A DNA stretch of 64,000 nt, from positions 21,755 through 85,754 of the forward strand of contig JAEWAB010000006.1 of NCBI GenBank assembly GCA_023391875.1. Direction: 5' to 3'. Under the pieces are notes generated by a model. The model did not search any database. It was given only the letters and a program-made list of their open reading frames with translations, and was not told the DNA's origin. Origin of the DNA: Bacillota bacterium. GTDB taxonomy: Bacteria; Bacillota; Clostridia; Oscillospirales; Ruminococcaceae. A program made the translations under genes and the position numbers. Positions 50,302 through 59,680 of this stretch are shown here, one piece after another (the first letter of the stretch is position 1; every line of letters begins with the position of its first letter).

Positions 50302-50889
50302 ATGAGCAAAGCTTTGCAAGAGATGACAAACGAAGAACTGTGGCGGCTTTTCCCTATCATGCTGACGGAGCATCAGCATAAATGGCTCACGGATTTTGCC
50401 TTAGAGAAAGAACTGCTTATGCAGTGCGTGGGTGAAAAGAATATCGCCCGCATCAGCCATATCGGAAGTACTGCGGTACCGGGCCTGATAGCCAAACCAA
50501 CCGTCGATATCCTGCTTGAAATTACCCAAGGCACCGATATTGAATGGTTAAAAACAAAGCTTGAGAAGCTTGGCTATCTGTTTAGCCCACAGCCCAACAA
50601 ACCACCGCCCCACATGATGTTTATGAAAGGCTATACGCCAAACGGCTTTTCAGCGAAGGTTTTTCATCTGCATGTCCGTTACTTGGGTGACTGGGACGAA
50701 TTCTACTTCAGGGATTATCTTATTGCTCACCCCGAAGCCGCAGATGAATACGGAAGGCTGAAAATATTGTTAAAAGAGCGCTATGAGCATGACCGTGACG
50801 GATACACCAGTGCCAAGACCGATTTCGTCAAAACGATTACCATTTTAGCGCACGAAGAGTTTTTAGATAAATATGCAACCCAATACTAA
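50302..50889 (+). CDS. GrpB family (UPF0157) protein
   Basis: HIGSTAVPGL.AKP.VDI, HLHV, FRDYL, Y..LK, Y...K..F. Confidence 0.9.
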   Translation: MSKALQEMTNEELWRLFPIMLTEHQHKWLTDFALEKELLMQCVGEKNIARISHIGSTAVPGLIAKPTVDILLEITQGTDIEWLKTKLEKLGYLFSPQPNKPPPHMMFMKGYTPNGFSAKVFHLHVRYLGDWDEFYFRDYLIAHPEAADEYGRLKILLKERYEHDRDGYTSAKTDFVKTITILAHEEFLDKYATQY

Positions 50890-51008
50890 CATTGGTCTTA
50901 CAGAAAATCTATAATCTTTTACCCTCCCAAGTATATTTTGCTACTCTTTTCAAAAAATAGAGTAAAGCACAGTTAATCACGTGCAAAAAAATTCGGGAGG
51001 GTTTGGTT

Positions 51009-51251
51009 TTGAAAAAATATATTCTACCCATTGCGGTGACGATTATTTGTCTTTCGCTGCTCGCATCTTGTAGAGGCAATGTAGGCGATACAACGTCACC
51101 TGGTACTGCATCACCGGGTGCCCCAGGTGCTGCGTCTTCTTCGGTAATCTCCGACATTGTATCGGGAGTAACCTCCGGGGTATCCTCCACTGTCAGCGAG
51201 ATTGCAAGTGGCGTTTCCGACATAGCAAATTCCCCCGCCGCTTCAAAGTAA
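51009..51251 (+). CDS. Small Ser/Gly/Pro-rich putative lipoprotein
   Basis: RBS GGGAGG, TTG start, MKK plus hydrophobic stretch and lipobox LASC; followed by a terminator. Confidence 0.75.
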   Translation: MKKYILPIAVTIICLSLLASCRGNVGDTTSPGTASPGAPGAASSSVISDIVSGVTSGVSSTVSEIASGVSDIANSPAASK

Positions 51252-51262
51252 TCTTAATCAAC

Positions 51263-51298
51263 AAAAAAGGTGTCGCAGAAAATCCGCGGCACCTTTTT
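51263..51298. terminator. Bidirectional terminator between the lipoprotein gene and mutS2
   Basis: AAAAAGGTGTCGC...GCGGCACCTTTTT stem with A and T tracts. Confidence 0.75.
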
Positions 51299-51312
51299 GT
51301 TATACTCATTCT

Positions 51313-53697
51313 TTATTTCAGCGTTGCAATGGTTACGCCCGATTCGCCCTCGCCGTAAACGCCCAGCCGATAGGACGCGATATTCGGGTGGGTTTTCAGG
51401 TGCAGCTGCACGCCCTTGCGCAGAACACCGGTTCCCTTGCCGTGTATGATAGAAATAACCTCCAAGTGCATCAGCACACATTCATCGATAAAGCGGTCAA
51501 GCTCCATCAGGGCCTCCTCCAGATTCATACCGCGAAGGTCCACCTCTGTTTTTGCCTGCGCCTGCACCGTGCTTTTAACAGTACGGCGCGAAACCGACTG
51601 CTCGGCTACCCGCTTACGTTTCCCCTCAATCAGCCTTAGATTCGCAAGCGCTGTTTTTGTTTTGAGTATCCCCGCTTCTACTGCGACCATACCGTCCTTG
51701 TCCGGCAGCTTTACCACAGTGCCCTCTTGGTCTACATCCATCATCAAAACTATATCGCCAACCTTCAGTGCACGAGGCAATACATAGTTTTCGTCCCGCT
51801 TGATAATGACAGGGTCGGCGGTAGCGCTGAGCTTTGATACCTTTGAGTTAAACTGCGCCTTCGCCTCGGCAGCCAATTTAGCAAAAGCCTCGGTATCCTT
51901 TTGCTTTTTAATCTCCGTCAGTTCATCAATAAGCTGCTGGGCCTCAAAGCGTACACGCTCCACAATATTTCTGGCCTCGCGCCGCGCGCGCTCAAGCTCC
52001 TTTTCCTTTTCGAGCTCCAGCCGTTTTTTATGGCTCTGCATTTCGCTGTTTGCCGTTTCGGCCTCCCAACGCTTGAGCTGGGCAAGCTCCTTTTCCTTTT
52101 CAAGCTGCTGGCGCATCTGCTCAAGGCCGGAAACAACGTCCTCAAAACGGGTATTCTCGCTGGATACCATGGCCCGCGCGCGGTCGATGATGGAGCCATC
52201 CAACCCAAGGCGCTGCGAGATGGCGAAGGCGTTGGAGCGCCCCGGCACGCCGATCAGCAGCTTATAGGTGGGGCGCAGTGTTTCAACATCAAACTCACAG
52301 CAGGCGTTCTCTACCCGCGCGGTTTCAAGGGCATATACCTTCAGCTCCGCGTAATGGGTGGTGGCGGCAACGCGGCATTTTGCCCAACGCAGATGGTCAA
52401 GGATAGAGATGGCAAGCGCCGCGCCCTCTACCGGGTCGGTACCCGCACCCAGTTCGTCCATCAAAACCAACGTATGCTCGTTTGCCATCTGCAAAATGTG
52501 AATGATATTTGTCATATGTGCCGAAAAGGTGGATAGGCTCTGCTCGATGCTCTGCTCGTCACCAATATCCGCCAGCACCTTACTGTAGAGGCCTATGGTG
52601 CTGCCATCGGCACAGGGCAACAGCAGCCCGCACATGGCCATAAGCGTTAATAGCCCGATGGTTTTAAGCGTGACGGTCTTGCCGCCGGTATTCGGGCCCG
52701 TGACCACTAAAGTGTCGAAATCCTGCCCCAGACGAATGTCGGTGGGCACCACCTTTTCGCGGTCTATAAGCGGGTGGCGCGCCTTTCGAAGGTCTATTAC
52801 GCCGGCTGTCGACAGGTTTGGCTTTACCGCGCGCATCCGGTCGGCGAGCCTTGCCTTGGCAAAATACAGGTCGAGATCTATCACACAATCATAGCTGCCG
52901 GAGATTTCACCCGCAAAGCCCGCGCATTCCGCACTAAGCAGCGCCAAAATGCGTTCGATCTCCGCCTTCTCCTTGGTTTGCAGCACACGGATTTCGTTGT
53001 TCGCCTCCACCACCGCCATCGGCTCGATAAATAAGGTTGCACCGCTGGAGGAGGTATCGTGCACCAGACCTTTGATTTCGTTTCGATATTCGGCTCTGAC
53101 AGGCAGCACGAAACGCCCGTCACGCAGAGTGACAATGGATTCCTGCAAGTACTTTTGATAGGTTTGCGAACGCACCATACTGTCGAGCTGCTCCCGCACG
53201 CGTATTCCGGCAATCCTTATCTTTCTGCGGATATCGGCAAGCTCAGGGCTTGCGTTGTCGTCTATCTCCTCTTCCGAGAGGATGGAGGTAAACAGCTTTT
53301 CCTCCAGCTTCTTGTTGGGTATAAGCGATTCAAATAGGAAATCGAGCGTCGTCGAGATGCCTTCACAGCGTTTTTTCCATTCGGTTAACGACCGAATGCA
53401 CCGCAGCACCTCGGCAACAGCTAAAAGCTCCCCCATCGAGAGCACCGCACCGGCATCGGCCCGCTTTAGCATCCCCTTGGGGTTTACAACCCCGGCAAGC
53501 GACGGTGCACCAAAACGTTGCAATAGCATATAGGCGTCGTTTGCCTTTTCAAGCTCCGCGTTTACCGTATCGTAATCGGCGGATGGCGTAAGTGCCAAAG
53601 CAAGGTTATATGTATCCTTGCAGCTTGCCTGCTCGGCAAGCAGAGTTAATATCTTGGGCAGTTCCAAGGCTTTATAATGTCTTTCGTAATTCGGCAT
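51313..53697 (-). CDS. mutS2: Endonuclease MutS2
   Basis: HD.SSSGATLFIEP, TGPNTGGKT, DELGAGTDP.EG, TTHY, coiled coil, C-terminal Smr domain (DLRG..IIHGKGTG). Confidence 0.96.
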   Translation of the reverse strand: MPNYERHYKALELPKILTLLAEQASCKDTYNLALALTPSADYDTVNAELEKANDAYMLLQRFGAPSLAGVVNPKGMLKRADAGAVLSMGELLAVAEVLRCIRSLTEWKKRCEGISTTLDFLFESLIPNKKLEEKLFTSILSEEEIDDNASPELADIRRKIRIAGIRVREQLDSMVRSQTYQKYLQESIVTLRDGRFVLPVRAEYRNEIKGLVHDTSSSGATLFIEPMAVVEANNEIRVLQTKEKAEIERILALLSAECAGFAGEISGSYDCVIDLDLYFAKARLADRMRAVKPNLSTAGVIDLRKARHPLIDREKVVPTDIRLGQDFDTLVVTGPNTGGKTVTLKTIGLLTLMAMCGLLLPCADGSTIGLYSKVLADIGDEQSIEQSLSTFSAHMTNIIHILQMANEHTLVLMDELGAGTDPVEGAALAISILDHLRWAKCRVAATTHYAELKVYALETARVENACCEFDVETLRPTYKLLIGVPGRSNAFAISQRLGLDGSIIDRARAMVSSENTRFEDVVSGLEQMRQQLEKEKELAQLKRWEAETANSEMQSHKKRLELEKEKELERARREARNIVERVRFEAQQLIDELTEIKKQKDTEAFAKLAAEAKAQFNSKVSKLSATADPVIIKRDENYVLPRALKVGDIVLMMDVDQEGTVVKLPDKDGMVAVEAGILKTKTALANLRLIEGKRKRVAEQSVSRRTVKSTVQAQAKTEVDLRGMNLEEALMELDRFIDECVLMHLEVISIIHGKGTGVLRKGVQLHLKTHPNIASYRLGVYGEGESGVTIATLK

Positions 53698-53779
53698 AAC
53701 AAATCTTTGAACCTTTCCGCCCTGTTGTATCACAAGGCAATCTTGGCTGTATACAAAACGATCAATCTTCCCCAAGCAG

Positions 53780-54538
53780 TCATCCGTTTAATGGTGTGAG
53801 GGAGTTTAAAAAATCAAGTGTCTTAAATCCGTGCCCCATTTGGGCCAGCATATAAGCCTCGCAGACCTTGCCAAGCTGCTTTAGGCTTTCATCCGTCAGT
53901 GTAAAGCTAAAAAGCTTTTCAAACTCACTGTAGATGATATACCGCATGGCGGTAAGTACTGCAGGCGAAATAGGTACCACCGGTTCGGTGAAGGGCTCTT
54001 TCGCACAGTCCGCGCACAGCAGCTTTGCGCTGTTAAGGCAGAAATACATCGTCGGCGCTTCATAGCAGGAGCAGACCGCGCAGCATACAAGGTTTGGCAT
54101 ATACCCCGCAAGGGCAAGAATACGCAGCTCAAACACCGGCTTGATAAACTGTACGCTGCGTGTACCGGTGTTTAAAAAATGAAGGCAGTTTAAGAATAAA
54201 CGCAAAAAGCCCTCCGCCTCGTCCTCCTCCGGGGCGAGGCTTTGGGTGAGCTCACAAAGGTAGCCTGCGAGCGAAAGGCTGTCTATATCGTTTCGGATAC
54301 CGTAAAATACAGTTAGGGTTTCGGCAGAATCAACCGTGTAATGGTCTTTACCTTTATACAACTGAAAGCTGGAATAGGTAAGCGCCTGCGTAGCCGCCAT
54401 GAGCTTGCTTTTCAGCCTTTTAGCGCCGTTTGCAAACGCGGTTATAACACCCCTGTCACGCGTAAGAATGGTGAGCACCCGGTCGGCTTCGTCAATATCC
54501 CGTACCTTGAGCACCACTCCCTCGGTACATATTTGCAT
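53780..54538 (-). CDS. recO: DNA repair protein RecO
   Basis: G.VL......E.DR...LT...G, zinc motif C..C...C..C; downstream of era. Confidence 0.93.
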   Translation of the reverse strand: MQICTEGVVLKVRDIDEADRVLTILTRDRGVITAFANGAKRLKSKLMAATQALTYSSFQLYKGKDHYTVDSAETLTVFYGIRNDIDSLSLAGYLCELTQSLAPEEDEAEGFLRLFLNCLHFLNTGTRSVQFIKPVFELRILALAGYMPNLVCCAVCSCYEAPTMYFCLNSAKLLCADCAKEPFTEPVVPISPAVLTAMRYIIYSEFEKLFSFTLTDESLKQLGKVCEAYMLAQMGHGFKTLDFLNSLTPLNG

Positions 54539-54653
54539 TTTGGGGTTCCTCACTTTCGGGCAAACCTTGTTGGAAAAGCGTATCCTTGTAGAGAAGATAG
54601 GCCTCTACACTGCCTGTATCCTCAAAAATCTTCCACAGTGCTTCTCTGTCCAC
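54492..54653 (-). CDS. yqzL: YqzL family small protein (53 aa, absent from the ORF track)
   Basis: Hand translation MDREALWKIFEDTGSVEAYLLYKDTLFQQGLPESEEPQNANMYRGSGAQGTGY*, RBS GGAGGGG; W..F..TG...AYLLYK motif and era-yqzL-recO synteny. Confidence 0.85.
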   Translation of the reverse strand: MDREALWKIFEDTGSVEAYLLYKDTLFQQGLPESEEPQNANMYRGSGAQGTGY

Positions 54654-54859
54654 ACTTTACCCCTCCACACCATAAGGTTTATTACAACAACCCTGCACCT
54701 TGTGGAATCTGCAAAAGGCAACCAAAAATCTTTACGGCGGTAAACCTTATACAGAACCGGTGTATTAAGATTGTTGCCCCTTAACTGATTTATATGTGAG
54801 GCAATGTAGACCATATTCAGTTAATATTAACAGAGAAATTCGCGTCGGATTTGTGCATA

Positions 54860-55753
54860 TTAGGTATAGCCCAAGGAACGGACGGAGCTTTCTTTATTGC
54901 GCCAATCGTCCTTTACCTTTACCCAAGTTTTTAGGTTTACCCGTATACCTAAAAAGTTCTCAAGCTCTTTTCTGGCCTCGGATGCTACCTTTTTGAGCAT
55001 TGCGCCGCCTTTACCGATGATAATGCCCTTGTGCGACTCCTTTTCACAGTAGATGATAGCATCGATATCGATAATGTCGCCGCTCTCGCGCTCTTTCATC
55101 GACTCGATCTCCACCGCCGTGCCGTGGGGAACCTCATCGGAAAGGTTGCGCAGCAGCTTCTCGCGGATGATTTCCGCGGCAATCACACGCTCCGGCTGGT
55201 CGGTCATGGTATCTCCGGGGAAGAAATGCGGCCCTTCCTGTGCCAGCTTATCCAGCTCGCGCAAGAGAATTTCAACGCCCTCCCCTGTTTTGGCTGAAAG
55301 CGGTATAACGCTCTCAAAATCATACAGGCGTCGATATTGGTCGATTCTTTGTATAATCTGCTCCTTCTGTGCAAGGGCGTCGATTTTGTTGATTACTAGC
55401 AGCGCGGGAAGATGCAGTGCCTTAAAGCTTTCGATTAAATTAAGCTCCGCCTTGGCGGGCTCGCCCTGAAAATCCACTACCAGTACCGCGGTGTCTACGT
55501 CGGCAACGGAATCGTCAACCTGCTTGACCATATACTCATCGAGCTTGGTTTTGGGCTTATGAAGCCCGGGGGTATCGATAAACACAAACTGTGTCGAGTC
55601 CTTCGTGAGTACGCCGGTTATTCTGGTTCGGGTGGTCTGCGGCTTATTGCTGACAATGGCGATCTTTTCGCCGATCATGCTGTTGAGTAGTGAAGACTTG
55701 CCCGCGTTGGGCTTGCCCACAATGGCTATAAACTCACTTTTGGTTTTGAGCAT
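54860..55753 (-). CDS. era: GTPase Era
   Basis: GKPNAGKS, QTTR, DTPG, NKID, KH domain IIIGKGG. Confidence 0.97.
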   Translation of the reverse strand: MLKTKSEFIAIVGKPNAGKSSLLNSMIGEKIAIVSNKPQTTRTRITGVLTKDSTQFVFIDTPGLHKPKTKLDEYMVKQVDDSVADVDTAVLVVDFQGEPAKAELNLIESFKALHLPALLVINKIDALAQKEQIIQRIDQYRRLYDFESVIPLSAKTGEGVEILLRELDKLAQEGPHFFPGDTMTDQPERVIAAEIIREKLLRNLSDEVPHGTAVEIESMKERESGDIIDIDAIIYCEKESHKGIIIGKGGAMLKKVASEARKELENFLGIRVNLKTWVKVKDDWRNKESSVRSLGYT

Positions 55754-56270
55754 CTTTTCCTCCATGATTAGGGCTAAAGGTAACCTCGGCTTTTTGAGCC
55801 CATCGCCCTACCTTTGAAATAAACAGAAATGAAACAATTGCAGAAAGCAACAATAGCGTCGGGCGCACCCAGTTGCCCGTAAAGTAACGTACGATCTGCC
55901 CCATGACATCCAGGTTAAAAAATAGCAAAAAACCTACTGCTACCGCCGAAAAGGCCGCCACCAGCACCGCACCCGCCGCAACATCCTTGGCGATCTTGGC
56001 AAGGCGCGCATAGGCCTCGGTTACAAGGTCTACCGCTGTTTCTATCGCGGTGTTGAGCATCTCGGTGGCTATCACAAAACAGATGGTAAGCAGCAGCAGG
56101 ATGTATTCGGCGCGGCTTAGGCTATAAAAACGCGAAAAATATAAGATATACAGCGCTACCACCAGATGAATGCGAATATTGCGTTCGCTGATAATACTAT
56201 GGGCAATGCCGATAATTGCATAGCGAAAGCTCTTAATAAACCCTTTTAAGCCACGTTCGTTATTTTTCAT
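55734..56270 (-). CDS. dgkA: Diacylglycerol/undecaprenol kinase family protein
   Basis: SF.YA..G, ERN.RIH, E.LNTAIE..VDL, AKIAKDVAAGAVL. Confidence 0.9.
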   Translation of the reverse strand: MKNNERGLKGFIKSFRYAIIGIAHSIISERNIRIHLVVALYILYFSRFYSLSRAEYILLLLTICFVIATEMLNTAIETAVDLVTEAYARLAKIAKDVAAGAVLVAAFSAVAVGFLLFFNLDVMGQIVRYFTGNWVRPTLLLLSAIVSFLFISKVGRWAQKAEVTFSPNHGGKDAQNQK

Positions 56271-56766
56271 CGGTCAATACGTAACTTTCTCCTCTGGGCA
56301 GGCCAAGGCTCGTAAGCACCGCCTCTTCCTTTTCCCTCATCCGCACAAGCTCTATACCACCGTCCTCGTGGTCGTAGCCGATAAGGTGCAGCATCGAATG
56401 CACCGTAAGGTAAGCCACCTCACGGCGAAGGGAATGCCCGTACATCTCGGCCTGCTCCACCGCCTTCTCCATTGAGATGACAATGTCGCCCAGCATATAC
56501 GCCCCACTCTCTTGGTTTACGTCGTATACGCCGTTCTCGCCAAGCGGGAAGGAAAGCACGTCGGTGGGCATGTCCTTTTGGCGGTACTGGCTGTTTAAGC
56601 TCTGGATATTCTCGTTATCCACAAAGCTTACGCTCACCTCGTAGTCGCCGCTCATGCCTTCAAGCTCCAGCACTGCGTGACAGCAGCGCCTGATCAGCAG
56701 ACGAATGCCGGTTGGAACCTTTATCTTCTTTTGTCGGTTGGATATAGATGCTTTGATTCTCTCCAT
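56260..56766 (-). CDS. ybeY: rRNA maturation RNase YbeY
   Basis: N..YR.KD.PTDVLSFP, LGDI.IS, HSMLHLIGYDH. Confidence 0.95.
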   Translation of the reverse strand: MERIKASISNRQKKIKVPTGIRLLIRRCCHAVLELEGMSGDYEVSVSFVDNENIQSLNSQYRQKDMPTDVLSFPLGENGVYDVNQESGAYMLGDIVISMEKAVEQAEMYGHSLRREVAYLTVHSMLHLIGYDHEDGGIELVRMREKEEAVLTSLGLPRGESYVLTDEK

Positions 56767-56812
56767 TGTTTTAACCTCCTTGAAATCTCCGGGCCGTTGT
56801 GAGAACACCTTA

Positions 56813-57784
56813 CTATCTTCCATGCTTCTTTTCTTCGTAGTACTTTTCGTAGGCCCTAATTATTCTCTGCACCAATACATGACGCACAACATCCTTCTGC
56901 GAAAGATGGATGATACCGATATCCTCAACATCCTTTAAAATCCTGCTTGCCTCAACCAAGCCGGAACGCTTTTCTTCCGGCAGGTCGATCTGCGTTATAT
57001 CGCCGGTAACCACGGCCTTGGAGTTCATGCCAAGCCTTGTTAAAAACATCTTCATCTGTTCAGGCGTGGTGTTCTGCGCCTCATCCAGAATGATAAATGA
57101 ATCATCCAGCGTTCTGCCGCGCATATAGGCAAGCGGGGCAACCTCAATGTTGCCGCGCTCGACGTATTTTTGATAGTTTTCCGCACCCAGCATATCAAAC
57201 AATGCGTCATACAGCGGGCGGAGATAAGGGTCTACCTTTGTTTGCAGGTCTCCGGGCAGAAAGCCAAGCTTCTCGCCGGCCTCTACCGCGGGCCGCGTCA
57301 GGATAATGCGGTTAACCTCGTGCGCACGGAACGCGCGAACAGCCATCGCCACCGCCAAATAGGTTTTGCCGGTACCCGCGGGCCCGATTGCAAACACAAT
57401 GGTGTTGGACTTCATCAGCTCAATATACTGTTTTTGCCCGAGTGTTTTGCCCTTAACCTGCCTCCCCTTGGAGGTGATGCACACGTTGTCGTCAGCGGCA
57501 AGCGAGCTTATCTGCTCCTCGTTGCCTTCGCTCACCAGTGAGATGACATAGCGCAGGTTTTGTTCGTTGATGGTTTCACCACGGCTTAAAAGTGTAAGCA
57601 GCCCGTCTATGACCCTGCAGGCATACATCACATTCTCGGCCTCGCCACTTACCTTGATCTCGTTTTCACGGTTAACAACACTAACACTGTACTCCTGCTC
57701 TATAATCTTAATGTTAGAGTCGAAACTTCCGAAAAGCGCAAAGGTATGCTCCAGCCTGTCGATGTTTATTACCTGCTCTATCAT
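56813..57784 (-). CDS. phoH: PhoH family ATPase
   Basis: GPAGTGKT, RPAVEAGE.LGFLPG, YMRGRT, DEAQN, GD..QID. Confidence 0.95.
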   Translation of the reverse strand: MIEQVINIDRLEHTFALFGSFDSNIKIIEQEYSVSVVNRENEIKVSGEAENVMYACRVIDGLLTLLSRGETINEQNLRYVISLVSEGNEEQISSLAADDNVCITSKGRQVKGKTLGQKQYIELMKSNTIVFAIGPAGTGKTYLAVAMAVRAFRAHEVNRIILTRPAVEAGEKLGFLPGDLQTKVDPYLRPLYDALFDMLGAENYQKYVERGNIEVAPLAYMRGRTLDDSFIILDEAQNTTPEQMKMFLTRLGMNSKAVVTGDITQIDLPEEKRSGLVEASRILKDVEDIGIIHLSQKDVVRHVLVQRIIRAYEKYYEEKKHGR

Positions 57785-57972
57785 GAACCTAGCTCCGTTT
57801 CAATACTTTTTTTAAATAATTTCATCTTTGACGTCGGCGTATGTAGCATAATATTTGTATCTATTTTAATATAAATTCCCTGCAATTGTATGTATTTTTA
57901 ATGAATATTCGTACAAAACGCGCCTACATTCCTAAAAATTATATCATAATTCCCCTCAAATAAATAGTAATA

Positions 57973-59160
57973 TCATACCAAATTTTCGACTAAAATTTCT
58001 TGTTCTTTTGCTATATTTGCATTAACAACCAAATTCGCTTTCACCCTGTAGCTATTCGTCTGCTTAGTGACATCGACAGTACGGGAAACCACCTCGGCGT
58101 CTTTAAATTCGCTTTCCTCATATTTTTTAAGCAGCATCAGCACCGCTTCTTTGGCCTGATTGGCGGTTATAGGAACCTTCTGCCGAACCACCTCACGGTA
58201 AAGCTCCTGCTTATAGTTCATCGGCAGCGGTATGCCGAACAATGATAAAGGCTTTTCGGAGGTCTCCAGCCTATAGTTAAAATCGGTACTGCCGCAGAAC
58301 CAGATCGGCACCTCGGTGTTTAAAAACGAAAGCAACCGCTTGGTGCGCTCCTTGCCTGTGTACCTCGTAATCTCGGTCATCAATGGGATATCATATTCTC
58401 TTTGTTCCTGTACCTGCGCGATGATGGTTGCGCCCGCATGCTTAAGGGTATTCTTTCCAAATTTATCCTCGATTATTCCGCTGACGATAATCTCCCCTTC
58501 CTTTACCGTATCCCCCTTTTTCACCAGCGTTTCTCCGTCATAAACCTCCATCTTCAGTATCTGCCCGGGCTTTGCCGCAACGATATTACACGGTTTATCG
58601 ATCGGCTCCATCTCCGGTTCCGGGGTTCGCTCTTTCACCTCCACCATGGCGGTGGTGCCCGAAATGTTGATTGCAATCCATGAAAGATCATTAAGTTTCA
58701 ATAGCATCCTTTGCTTGGCCTGTGTTACATCTATATTGTTTTTAAGTGCCCCAACCTTTATGCCCTCGCTCTCAAGGGCTTTAAGAATTTCAAACTGGGA
58801 AACGTCTATATTCCCTACCACCTCAACCGACCAGATAAACTGCGACATAAAGAGGATAAAGCCGAAGAAGACCGCAATACCGACAAATAACCCTACCCGC
58901 CTGCGGTATTTTCGCGTGTGAAACGGCAGGCCGCGGCGCTTGCCAATGCGCAGCCTTACACCGGATTTTCGGGCCGGTACACGCAGCCTTTTATAGTCTT
59001 TGGCCAATGTATGTGCGGTTAGGATCTCACCGCGCCTTTGAATATCCCATATACCGATACCGGCACGCGTCACGAGGTTTAGAAAACGCTCTGCAAACGC
59101 GCCCAGTACGGTAAAGGATACATACCCCTTCAGCCATCGGAGCAATTTTATAATAAACAA
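57973..59160 (-). CDS. yqfD: Sporulation protein YqfD
   Basis: GYV......ERFLN, IW.I, GLPF, one TM, V..GD.V..G...VSG; upstream of phoH. Confidence 0.9.
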   Translation of the reverse strand: MFIIKLLRWLKGYVSFTVLGAFAERFLNLVTRAGIGIWDIQRRGEILTAHTLAKDYKRLRVPARKSGVRLRIGKRRGLPFHTRKYRRRVGLFVGIAVFFGFILFMSQFIWSVEVVGNIDVSQFEILKALESEGIKVGALKNNIDVTQAKQRMLLKLNDLSWIAINISGTTAMVEVKERTPEPEMEPIDKPCNIVAAKPGQILKMEVYDGETLVKKGDTVKEGEIIVSGIIEDKFGKNTLKHAGATIIAQVQEQREYDIPLMTEITRYTGKERTKRLLSFLNTEVPIWFCGSTDFNYRLETSEKPLSLFGIPLPMNYKQELYREVVRQKVPITANQAKEAVLMLLKKYEESEFKDAEVVSRTVDVTKQTNSYRVKANLVVNANIAKEQEILVENLV

Positions 59161-59217
59161 AACGATACTCCTCTCTTTACCTGTACAGTCATTACGTCCT
59201 GCGTATCGTTTTAAAAG

Positions 59218-59532
59218 TCATGTTAAAAACTCAATAGACATAATATAGCCTTCAATGGCAAGTGATTCGCCCGCGAGGCATTTCAACGTAAGCCCCCTGC
59301 CTGTAAACCTCAGCACCATTCTGCCGGCGTTAACCTTGATGCAGTCTTCGTTGTATTCCAAAACGCCCTGTGAACCATCTATGGTAACCTCCCGGTTGCC
59401 CATAATCTCCATCTGGGTAGAGCGAAGTATTGCCGTTTCGGGGAACTGCAGCATGCCCGCAACCTTCGAAACCCCTTTACGCGCAATCTCCTTCTTGCTT
59501 TTTTTCTCGGCTTCTCTATCCCTTCTCGTCAT
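59218..59532 (-). CDS. yqfC: YabP/YqfC family sporulation protein
   Basis: GNRE..I.....G.LEY, G..L, I.GYI..IEF; directly upstream of yqfD. Confidence 0.82.
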   Translation of the reverse strand: MTRRDREAEKKSKKEIARKGVSKVAGMLQFPETAILRSTQMEIMGNREVTIDGSQGVLEYNEDCIKVNAGRMVLRFTGRGLTLKCLAGESLAIEGYIMSIEFLT

Positions 59533-59600
59533 ATAAGAACCAAGCCTTTCCGCACCTTTAGCTACGTTAAAAAGGTACACAATATCGATTGCCTGCAGTA

Positions 59601-59650
59601 AATATATATTGCTGGGCGGTTAATTTTATAATCTCGCGGGCCATATATAT
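59601..59650. promoter_or_regulatory. Overlapping divergent sigma-E-type promoters (yqfCD and ylbJ-like)
   Basis: Minus strand TTATA-16nt-AATATATATT; plus strand TAATT-16nt-CATATATAT. Confidence 0.5.
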
Positions 59651-59680
59651 GAATAACTGATAGCTAAGTGGGGGAAAAGC

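Noticed and set aside
54605..54814. 69-aa minus-strand ORF between era and recO
   Set aside because: Wrong frame; the RBS-supported, motif-bearing ORF is yqzL at 54492-54653.
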